Assembly: GCA_032718475.1 (NCBI GenBank)
Contig: JAUCBJ010006685.1
Location: 27,291 to 91,290 of the forward strand
DNA length: 64,000 nucleotides
From: Nemertoderma westbladi
Taxonomy: Eukaryota; Animalia; Xenacoelomorpha
Direction: 5' to 3'
Under the pieces are notes generated by a model that was not told the origin of the DNA, searched no databases, and was given only the letters and a program-made list of their open reading frames with translations. A program made the position numbers and the translations under genes. Below, in pieces: positions 13,217 through 22,429 of this stretch. How positions within the stretch are numbered: position 1 is the stretch's first letter; every line of letters begins with the position of its first letter.

Positions 13217-13311
13217 GTCTTAACATCTGAGAATTGCCTGAACTGTAACTGCCCGTCACAGTCTTAACACTAGGCCTGCCGAGCTGTGACTGACGGCTAC
13301 CAAAGACGAAG

Positions 13312-14760
13312 ATGAGTCGAGAGAGAGGAACGACACCGCCGCGGACCCCGGACGACGATCTAACGATCCGCGAGGCCACGGCGAGACGATACGGACCCAC
13401 GACGCCGGTCGATGCTACGTCGACCACGTCGATAACGAGCAACCCGGCGAACCAAGATGTGGGGGGTCGTCTACAGCGAGAGAGCGAGTCGAGTAGAGGA
13501 GAGAGCGAGACGGGGGAGGAGGAAGACGAGTCGACGTGGAGCGAGGGTCGACGTACCGATGTCACCGGTCAGCCACAGACCGAGGGCGACGGACGGCCCA
13601 CCGGAACGGCAACGGTGGGGCCGCCGGTACGACGTCGGACCCGGAGAGATGGAGGAGAGGTCGGCGACGAGGATGTCGGGGTCTCTGATCGACTTCGACG
13701 AGCCTACGCCGCGACCCGGGAACAACTGAAGGAAGCTAGAGGAGGGGCTGAGATAGACCAGGTGAAGTTGAGGAGACGACTAGGTGAGTCGAACAGATAC
13801 TTTGATTACCTAGTGCGTTCTGGGCAGGGAGAACTGGCCGAGGAGAGAGCGAGAGGGGTTGCCTTCGAACTGTTTGGGCTATGGGAACGTAGGGGTATGG
13901 GGCCTGGTGTAGTGTACATAGGGCCATACTTAGTCGATGCCAGGGAAGTTAAGTTAGTGGGTTGGGCGGGACCGCACGAGGGCGAATCCGAGGTTAGCTC
14001 CGAGGATTCGGCCTCGTCGGTCAGCGAGGACCCCGGAAAGCGGGGGAAAGTTGGTAGGACCGTCTCAACCGATAAGTCTGCTACATCCTCCGCAAAAGAA
14101 AGAAGGGTGCAGGAGATAAATCTGGCTGCATATAAATTAAAAATTGAAGAATTAGAGTGGCGACTGAGGGGAAGGAAGGAGCGAGAGAGTGAACGCGAAG
14201 AGCGTGAGGCAAGAGAACAGAGCGTGCGGTACACGTACAGTAGATACAGCAACCGTACGGGCGAGGGGGGTAGTAGTAGTACGTTAGGAAATGTTTGTAT
14301 TGATAGTACCGTAGTAGATAACCCTAATAATCCCTTTATTACAGGAAATATTTTACCCGGTAGTAGTAATTTAAGTTTAAATTCAAATAATAATATTAAT
14401 TCAAATATTCAGAATAATCAAAATAATTCAAATAATTCGAATAGCAATTTAAATTTTGAAAATAATAATAATTCTAGCTTAAATAATTTAAATAATAATC
14501 CCGTTTCAAATTCTAATAATTTAATTGATTTAACAAATAATATTGGGAATGGTGCTATTAATATGAGCGCGTCAGACGTGTATAGCCCGGCAGACGGCGG
14601 CCTGGTAGGCCACGTAGTTAGTAGACAGGAAGTGGCGGGGTTGCGCCAACCCGACGGCGGCCTGGTAGGCCACGTAGTTGGTAGGCAGGAGGTAGCGGGG
14701 TTGAGCCAACCCGGGGTGGGCCTGGTAGGCCTCGCAGTAGTAGGGAGAGAGGCGGGGTGA
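13312..14760 (+). CDS. Gag-like N-terminal ORF (acidic/disordered, coiled coil, Asn-rich tract)
   Basis: 482-aa ORF starting 95 nt after the LTR; EDSASSVS followed by a charged coiled coil, as in BEL Gag N-termini; probably originally contiguous with the next ORF. Confidence 0.65.
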   Translation: MSRERGTTPPRTPDDDLTIREATARRYGPTTPVDATSTTSITSNPANQDVGGRLQRESESSRGESETGEEEDESTWSEGRRTDVTGQPQTEGDGRPTGTATVGPPVRRRTRRDGGEVGDEDVGVSDRLRRAYAATREQLKEARGGAEIDQVKLRRRLGESNRYFDYLVRSGQGELAEERARGVAFELFGLWERRGMGPGVVYIGPYLVDAREVKLVGWAGPHEGESEVSSEDSASSVSEDPGKRGKVGRTVSTDKSATSSAKERRVQEINLAAYKLKIEELEWRLRGRKERESEREEREAREQSVRYTYSRYSNRTGEGGSSSTLGNVCIDSTVVDNPNNPFITGNILPGSSNLSLNSNNNINSNIQNNQNNSNNSNSNLNFENNNNSSLNNLNNNPVSNSNNLIDLTNNIGNGAINMSASDVYSPADGGLVGHVVSRQEVAGLRQPDGGLVGHVVGRQEVAGLSQPGVGLVGLAVVGREAG

Positions 14761-14964
14761 ATAGACCCGGCCGCAGTAGAGACAGTGTGTCGACTAGAGA
14801 GGGGTGTAGAGACGAAGTAAGATATATTGAAGTTAGATGTGGCGGGTGGGGGGGGCTACAGGAGCCCCACCACATGAGATTAGCGGCGAGAGAGGGGGGG
14901 CAGAGAATGCCCCACAAGAGGGGTGTAGAAGTGCAGTAAGAGATAGTGAAGTTAGAAGTAGCGG

Positions 14965-17121
14965 GTGGGGGGGGCTACGGGCATCCCACCGCGAGAGATT
15001 AGTAGCGAGAGAGGGGGGGGAGAGAGTGTCCCACAGGCGTCGGCGGATAATGCGCGGGCCGAATTAGGTAAACCGCAACACCCGGCGATGGAGAGTAATA
15101 GGGGGATTGCGAGTATCCCCAGCGGCGTGCGATCGAGCAGAGAGAGACAGGTTGACGTCGCGAGAGGGCGGGCGACGGAACGTCGAGCCCAGTCAGAAGA
15201 GAGAAGATTAGTAGAGTTTAATAGAGAGATCGAGGATAGGAGAAGATTAGTAGAGTATAATAGAGAGGTCGAAGATAGAAGAAGATTAGCAGAGTTTAAC
15301 CGAGAGGTCGAAAAGAGAAGAAAGGAAGATAATAGAAGAGTCATTGCTAGGAGCAACCGGAGAGCGAGGACGGATAGCGAGCCGTCGCTAGTAGAGATGG
15401 AGTTAGGGAGTCAGTGGGGTCGAACTTCGGGAGATTGCCGTCGCCCCGGAGAAACGCACCGCACGCCAGGAGAGGGGTACAGGACGTACCGATACGAAGA
15501 CGAGAGCAGGATAGGGGATCGAAGGGAAACTTCCCGACGTGATATAGCTGCCGATCGAGAGTGTGGTAGTCGCGGGGAGATTCGAGATTTGCGAAGAATA
15601 AACTTCGGTTCGGAAGGGCACATGCAGACTGCAGGACATACTGTAGGCCTTACTGCACATACTATTATAGGCCATGCTGGGAGAGATAGAGTAGGCGATA
15701 GGGTAGCGCGGACGACGGGATTAAACCCGGAAGTCGCGGAGTACATACCGGTAGGTAGGCGAGAGGTAGGTAGGCCTATATCGGTACAGCAGCATGACTA
15801 TAATACACAGGGACATAACATATATCCAGGGGAGGGGAGAGTTATTGTAGATAGATGTATGGGCCCCAATATATTAACATCAACCCCAGTACCAAACATA
15901 CCGGCCGGGGGGGGACAGGGTGACATTCCCCCATCACAATATCGACAATATACCCCAATAGGAGCGAGAACATCGAACCCCTTGGACGAGAACAGGTCGT
16001 GCGGACAGTCAATACCACACGCGGCCGTACAGGGGACTGCTAGTCCACAGTTAGCTGGTAGCAGGGCCACACCGTGGCAGGGACAGAAAGAAAATAACAC
16101 CATATATAATAAACATAATCCCAATGTACCCAGTAGGCCGAATACAGACAACCAAAACACTAAATCGGTACATATAAACCTAGGCGCGATACGTGAGGGA
16201 CTATACAGGGAACGCTATAATCCAGGATTCGAATGTCAATTACATCGGGACGGAACACATAAGACCAGGAGTTGTAAGCACTGGCAAGCGTTGCCCAAAC
16301 AAGATCGTGTAGCCTACACAGACGCAAACGGACTATGTCATCGATGTGTGGTAGAAGGACACAGATCCGGAGAGTGTAGAGAAACAGCAGCTACAAGCAC
16401 AACAGAAGAGAAGAAGAGAAAAGTACTACTCGGGGTAGTACCAGAGAAGATATCAGGAGAGGGCGGTCGTTCAGTAACGACATGTTACCATGGGTGCATG
16501 ATACCAGGCACCGAAGACGCAGAGGAAGTAGAGGAGAAACGAGAGATAGTAGAGCCAGATAGGGAGGTGTCAGTGAGAAAGTGGGCAGAGGAAAGTAGGT
16601 TTCCCAGCAAGCATCGGTATGGAGATGGAGCGGAGCGGACGGCGAGGTGTCCGGAGGACAACACTCCGGGGGAGTGTCCAGAGGAGTGTCCGGAAGAGAC
16701 GCAGGTCCGGGTTGGAGGCATACCGACAAGGGGGAAGTCGAGAAGGAAGGCAGGATGGAGAGGGGTAGGACTGCTGTTGTACCTCCTGTTTTGCCTGTTC
16801 TTTCACTTTCTATTCATTCTGCCACCGGGAGATAACAAGGAGGGAGATGGCATTTTGATGCCAGGAGACGAGCTAGTTAAGAAGACGATGGAGAGACCCA
16901 ACCTTGGGGTGGTGAAAGGGGGAGAGCCAACCCCTGGTCAGGTGGAATTGGCGAAGAGGGTGTGGCAAAGAGTAAGAGGACATATAGGAGGGCAGCAGGA
17001 GAGTGCCTACCGGAAGAAGGGGCACGTGAGAGTTTTTAGTCGTCCAAAGTTTTGGACTGAGGGGGGTGGGAATGAGGGCGAGACGCCCTTCCCACGCACA
17101 AAATATAAATTAATTATTTAA
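14965..17121 (+). CDS. Condensed Gag-Pol remnant: coiled coil, PAM2-like motif, BEL zinc knuckles, protease-start and integrase-C-terminal remnants, hydrophobic segment
   Basis: CQLH..H....C and LCHRCVVEGHRSGEC knuckles; KVLLGVVPEKISG (pre-protease); ILMPGDEL..QVELAKRVWQR..GHVRVFSRPK resemble the BEL integrase C-terminus. True start is uncertain (G-run frameshifts upstream). Confidence 0.7.
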   Translation: MGGATGIPPREISSERGGGESVPQASADNARAELGKPQHPAMESNRGIASIPSGVRSSRERQVDVARGRATERRAQSEERRLVEFNREIEDRRRLVEYNREVEDRRRLAEFNREVEKRRKEDNRRVIARSNRRARTDSEPSLVEMELGSQWGRTSGDCRRPGETHRTPGEGYRTYRYEDESRIGDRRETSRRDIAADRECGSRGEIRDLRRINFGSEGHMQTAGHTVGLTAHTIIGHAGRDRVGDRVARTTGLNPEVAEYIPVGRREVGRPISVQQHDYNTQGHNIYPGEGRVIVDRCMGPNILTSTPVPNIPAGGGQGDIPPSQYRQYTPIGARTSNPLDENRSCGQSIPHAAVQGTASPQLAGSRATPWQGQKENNTIYNKHNPNVPSRPNTDNQNTKSVHINLGAIREGLYRERYNPGFECQLHRDGTHKTRSCKHWQALPKQDRVAYTDANGLCHRCVVEGHRSGECRETAATSTTEEKKRKVLLGVVPEKISGEGGRSVTTCYHGCMIPGTEDAEEVEEKREIVEPDREVSVRKWAEESRFPSKHRYGDGAERTARCPEDNTPGECPEECPEETQVRVGGIPTRGKSRRKAGWRGVGLLLYLLFCLFFHFLFILPPGDNKEGDGILMPGDELVKKTMERPNLGVVKGGEPTPGQVELAKRVWQRVRGHIGGQQESAYRKKGHVRVFSRPKFWTEGGGNEGETPFPRTKYKLII

Positions 17122-17236
17122 TTAAAAATAAATAATAAAAATAATTAAATAATAGTTAGAAGAGATAGTAAGTAGTAGAACAGGAGATAAGTTAGTAGAG
17201 GGAGAGTAGAGTTAGAAGGCGGCGGGGTAAGGGAGT

Positions 17237-18093
17237 GTGGCATATTGTCATGCCACGAGTAGTAGTAGGGGGGCTGTGGGCACCGTAAGCGCCACGTAGA
17301 AGGAGAGTAGGTTAGAAGGCGGCGGGGTAAGGGAGTGTGGCATATTGTCATGCCACGAGTAGTAGTAGAGGGGTTGTGGGCACCGGAAGCGCCACGTAGA
17401 AAGTAGTAAGAGAGGGGTTGTGGGCACCGGAAGCGCCACGTAGAAAGTAGTAAGAGAGGGGTTGTGGGCACCGGAAGCGCCACGTAGAAAGTAGTAGTAG
17501 TGGAGTGGTTGTGGGCACCGTTAGCGCCACGTAGAAAGTAGTAAGAGAGTGGTTGTGGGCACCGGAAGCGCCACGTAGAAAGTAGTAGGAGAGAGTGGTT
17601 GTGGGCACCGGAAGCGCCACGTAGAAAGTAGTAGCAGGGAGTGGTTGTGGGCACCGCAAGCGCCACGTAGATAGAGGTATTAGTGGAGGTGGAGATGTAG
17701 ATAGAGTAGAGTGGTAGAGACGGGCACATAGGGTGCCAGCTAGTAGAGTTAGAGATAGTAGAGAGTTAGTAGAGTTAGAAAGATAGTAGCAGAGTAGAAG
17801 CAGTAGTAGAGTGGTTGTGGGCACCGTTAGCGCCACGTAGATGGAGGTAGAGTTAGTAAGAGGGTACGTAGTACCGGTTGTGGTTGTGGGCACCGTTAGC
17901 GCCACGTAGATGGAGGTAGAGTTAGTAAGAGGGTACGTAGTACCGGTTGTGGTTGTGGGCACCGTTAGCGCCACGTAGATGGAGGTAGAGTTAGTAAGAG
18001 GGTACGTAGTACCGGTTGTGGTTGTGGGCACCGCAAGCGCCACGTAGATGGAGGTAGTAGCAGAGGGTTGTGGGCACCCTAAGCGCCACGTAG
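17237..18093 (+). repeat. Array of 13 conserved GTGGGC-ACCNNNA-GCGCCAC units with variable purine-rich linkers (3' UTR of LTR element)
   Basis: Cores at 17276, 17376, 17420, 17464, 17511, 17555, 17601, 17647, 17817, 17886, 17955, 18024, 18070. Confidence 0.93.
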
Positions 18094-18576
18094 TAGAAGA
18101 GTTGGTAAGAGTTAGTAGACTTATCAGAGAGTAGAGTTAGTAGTTAGTAGAGTTAGATAGTTAGAGTTAGTAAGTTAGATAAGGTAGATAGTATGATAGC
18201 ACAGGGGTAGCATTAGAGATTAGGGCCTTAGGGAGTGGCAGAGAGTAGAGAGGAGATAGTGAGAAGAGCTATTGGCGAGAAGTTAGAGTGCGATTCAGGT
18301 GTGGGGAGAGTGTAAGAGTGGGGAGAGAGCGAGTTGAGTTAGAGAGCGAAGTTAGAGTGGCGAGAGTGTTGGGGAAACAAAAATTGTGTGAGAGAAGCGC
18401 ACGATCGGCCCGACACGAGACGCCAGAGGGTAGTGACATCATACCCAGAGGGAGCGGCCTGGAAAGCCGACTCCGAGAGAAAAGATTTCCACCCCACACC
18501 CGATGCTAGATCGGGATCCAGCGGGATTGTAACGCACTTTTTGGTTGATGCTATCTTCTTACCGGGAAGATAGCAT

Positions 18577-18585
18577 GGGGGGGAG
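18577..18585 (+). promoter_or_regulatory. Polypurine tract
   Basis: GGGGGGGAG directly before the TG of the 3' LTR. Confidence 0.85.
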
Positions 18586-19140
18586 TGTTAGCTTATTCAA
18601 TCCCGCCAACACCCCATAAAGTTATTAGCCGATAAGCAATATTGGGAGCCACGAGATTGGGCAATTAACCAACTCGTGCCATCCCAATAAGAGTGGGAAG
18701 GAAGCACACAATAGGGGTCAGGGGCCAAACCCCTAACCAAGAGAGAACAGCAAGGGCGAAGGGAAGCACTTCAGAGGGGGGCAAAGGGTGCCAACAGGGG
18801 TATTAGCCAATGGGGGGACAGCATCGACTAAGTACTGTAACGGCCAAACCCGTGCAATATTACCTGTACGGTAATCATTATAGTCAGTTTACTCAGTCAG
18901 CTATCCCAGTACAGTAAGGCAGTACGGTGACTGTTAAGACCGTCGTCGCCACCGTCACCATATTAGCAGTATTCAGCTTTATCTACTGTGCTATCTGTAT
19001 CACTCATCATTTATTATCTCAACGTTATCAGAGTTCGACAACGACACTAGAACAATTATTACCTTTTCCATTCACACGGCGGGGCGGGGACGCGTACGAA
19101 ACACACCGGATAAACCGGGATCCTCTCGGATCCCGTCACA
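18586..19140 (+). repeat. 3' LTR (555 bp)
   Basis: Direct repeat of 12658-13216, followed by TSD TTAAT. Confidence 0.95.
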
Positions 19141-20599
19141 TTAATGATTATTTTTAATTGATGGTGCATGAAATTAACCCTAGACCTGCCTGCTATCGTA
19201 CTTGCAGTTCAATAATTTTATTTTTATAGATTCCGTAGTAAATGTTGTGAAGTTATTGTTTACATATTCGGTCCTACTTACAGTATTAACTTACATATGA
19301 ACTAAAATAAAGTTTGAATTTTTATCCTATAAAAGGTAAAGCAGCCTTCAATAATGAAATCAGAGATCCATTCAGAGTCATCTATGCATGCACCTTTGAT
19401 GTGGCTAAGTTTCATTATTACTTACATTGGTTTACTGTTTTGGTTATAAATATTTGCACCCAATTTCTCTCTCTCCTTTTCTAATTGAACTGCGTACTGC
19501 CTTTTACTCCAAATTGAAATCGCCATTTTTAAACAATTACCATTGCAATAGGCCTACAATACAGACAGTATAGTAATATAGAAGAACCGTGCAGTTATGT
19601 CTGACAAATCCCCATCCCCCACCTACTTCAATTTGCAGGTTGGCACTCCAAAGCAAACAAACATTTGGAATATAACCCCAGGCGACAACCCAGCCAATAA
19701 TTTATTGACTTTTGTAAGCCACATGGTAGATAAGCAGAGTTTGTTTTACGACAGATAAAGTAGCTGCTGGGTCGATAAATGGCAAGGTAGTTAGGCTACT
19801 GGGTTGTACTGTACTTGCTACCGGTACCGGTAGGCTAGCCTGCTGTGTACCCCTACGATGCTATTCCTTTCATTCTAACGCACGTTCTAGATCGATAACT
19901 ATTGATTGATTTGAAGCGACTCCGTATGCTGATTCTGTTTTTGTAATGGAGTAAGTTTATGGGGCGGGGCTGGTAAATAAATTGTCATTGAGAAGTTTTA
20001 ACAAGAATCTCAGCTCAGTCTATATCTAACATTTTATTTAATAATATATTTTTTCTTCGTTTTTTTTCTACATTTAGTTATAATATAGGACTATTATTAT
20101 TCGATAAGAAATGCACTAAACTGGGATAAACTCTGTTTTTTTCACTCGTTTTTCATTCAAAACACAATACGAGGGCATATAAAGAAGGTCCTACCTATTT
20201 TGTACCATTTTAATATAGGTCTATAGGCCTATTATTTGTATTTTTTTATTATATGGAGGGGGAGGGGGGGGGGATTTTAAATTTACTGTATCATGACCTA
20301 CTATAATTCATACGACACGCCAATCCGCTGCAAAACCCCTAAATTTAGTGGGCCAGTTATTTCTTTTAGATAGAACCCCTGAAACAATATGTCTAGCGCG
20401 TCGTAAGTACTTGTCCCTAACTAAAATTATGTCCCCTTTCAGATAAGTCCAGTAGTAACTCCAGTAGTTTTCAAGATATGAGGAGTTCCTGGCACCCATA
20501 CAATATCAGCACTTTTCGGAATTCATAAAATTACACAAAATACAGTATATCACCTTTCAAGACTTTGGTAATCCATTAAACTACAGTATATTATGCATT

Positions 20600-21685
20600 A
20601 TTGGTTAGTCGAATTAATTATTAGTTTTATTATTATTCATTATTTTATTTATTATTATTATTATTGATATTTCAAGTCAATATTTATAACTCTATTTGTA
20701 GGAAAACTATAATACATTTAAACTTGGGGTTTCTCAACTCAACTATAAGGTCCATAGCAGAGCCGATTGAGGTTCAATAGAAAATCCAGTTGCCTTGGCA
20801 ACCGGGCTAGACAGATGTTAAAATTTACAAAATATTAATTTGAAGCCTAAGGAGAAGGTGTTATGTCTTGGGACCAACCCCTACCCCCACTATATGACTT
20901 ATTCTGCGTCCGAATTTCATTGTTTAATTTTGCAGTTACCATGACAACCGCTGAAAACAGATGTTTTTATACAAAAATAACTCATTTGGACATAGACTTC
21001 GCGATAAAATTTTACGAAACTGGGAATGTGTTATCTGGACCACTAGTTGGAACTTTTAGTGAAACTGAAAACATTCCAGAAATATCTTGTTACCATGGTA
21101 ACTGGAGTTTATTAAAGTCTATATCATTCAAGTCTAAATTCAATACTCTATTTGTAGCAAAATAATGTAATAAATATAAATTTGGGGTTTTGCAACTCAT
21201 CTGTAAGGTCCATATACAATCCATTCGAGGTTAATTACACAATCCAATTACCATAGCAACAAGACTAAACAGATGTTAAAATTTCTAAAATGATAATTTG
21301 AAGCACAAGTTAATAGTATTATGACTTGGGACGAAGACCTACCCCCATTATATGACTTATTCTGCATCCGAATTACATTGTTCTATTTTTCAGTTTCCAT
21401 AACAACCACTGCAAACAGATGCATTTTGATAGAAAATCGGTAATTTGGACATAAACTACAATAATTTCTGAAACTCGGTATATGTGTTATCTGAACCACA
21501 ATCTGGACTAAATCTTTTTTCAAAGGTAAAATCAACAGTTCCAGAGAATTCTAGTTTCCATGGGAATAGAAGTTATTTATTGGCAAATGCTACTAAACTA
21601 GGCTAAGCAACGAACCAAATTGTGACCGTTTGTTTAATTTTCCGTAGCTTCGTGGTTGCATTTCCTTTAGGAAATGCCTTTCTAG
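20600..21685 (+). mobile_element. Non-autonomous Helitron/Helentron (DINE/HINE-like) element; 5' boundary uncertain
   Basis: 3' hairpin GCATTTCC-TTTA-GGAAATGC (21658-21677) followed by CTAG|T (21682-21686); internal diverged ~460-bp duplication; (ATT)n-like tract near 20620-20665. Confidence 0.6.
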
Positions 21686-21689
21686 TAAT

Positions 21690-22429
21690 TTTAATGATCT
21701 TTTATCCCTTTGTAATTTTACACAGCTTGTAAATTTTCGTACTTGAAATAATAATATTTTAGATCTCCTTCTTATAAATGATGATGACTCTGTTTATGAT
21801 GTAACTAGTCTGCCAACTTTTGGCGCTAGTGACCATTCGTCTTTTAGTTTTCATATAAATACATTAATTAACAATAGTGAACCAAATTCCAAAGTATTTA
21901 ATTTTCGTAAAATGGATGTACCTGGCATTAAGTTGCATTTACAGTCCATAAATTGGGATTAACTTTTTGGTAACTGCTCCGATGTTCACTCTTGTTTAGA
22001 TAAATTCAATTGCGAAGTTCTTGGTACTTTCAACATTTATGTTCCTATGTACGTATGGGCGGCGCTCCGGATCCGAAGGTATGCGAGTATATCGTGAGGA
22101 AAATCTGAGTTGCTCTGATTTAATTCGAAATTTCAGGAGAAAAGAAGAGCATAATAATTTTGAGCTGCTGAGACAAAAATGCGTTTTATAAATATGTGAA
22201 TAAAAAAGAAGTACTTTTATTACAGTAGCGCCTCTTCTACATAATGGTAAACTAGTATATTCTGATGCTGATAAATGTGAATGCCTGATAAACCAGTACA
22301 CTTCCGTTGGTAACACTGATAATGGTTTGAGCCCTGCTGTTGATAAAATAACTAATACATATGATGAAAATGATTTTGAAGATTAGATATGATGAAAAAT
22401 CTTCGTCTTAAGTACATCCATTGCCCACA
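21690..22429 (+). pseudogene. Degenerate CR1-group LINE ORF2 fragment (end of APE endonuclease and linker)
   Basis: Manual translation from ~21747: NNNILDLLLINDDDSVYDVTSLPTFGASDHSSFSF..KVFNFRKMD..INWD*; later FYKYVNKK..KCECLINQYTSVG; stops and frameshifts present. Confidence 0.75.

Larger units (their letters stand above)
12658..19140 (+). mobile_element. Non-autonomous BEL/Pao-derived LTR retrotransposon, structurally complete
   Basis: TG...CA LTRs 12658-13216 and 18586-19140, TSD TTAAT (12653-12657 / 19141-19145), PPT before the 3' LTR, BEL-type Cys/His motifs; no RT, RNase H or integrase-core motifs seen. Confidence 0.92.

Noticed and set aside
13003-13230. 75/76-aa hydrophobic ORF duplicated at 18927-19157
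   Set aside because: Lies inside the LTRs, starts at GTG and runs past the LTR end; the duplication is just the LTR.
17145-18043. Minus-strand Thr/Tyr/Leu-rich ORFs
   Set aside because: Antisense read-through of the purine-rich repeat array.
17276-18093. CRISPR or tRNA array interpretation of the 13 repeats
   Set aside because: Linkers are low-complexity, mutually related and very unequal in length; no cloverleaf or A/B boxes despite the 7-nt loops.
19400-19980. Possible host promoter/first exon (CGCCATTTT ~19523, GC box ~19961, minus-strand GTAAGT)
   Set aside because: Short motifs only; the ATG frame closes after ~30 codons; no supportable gene model.
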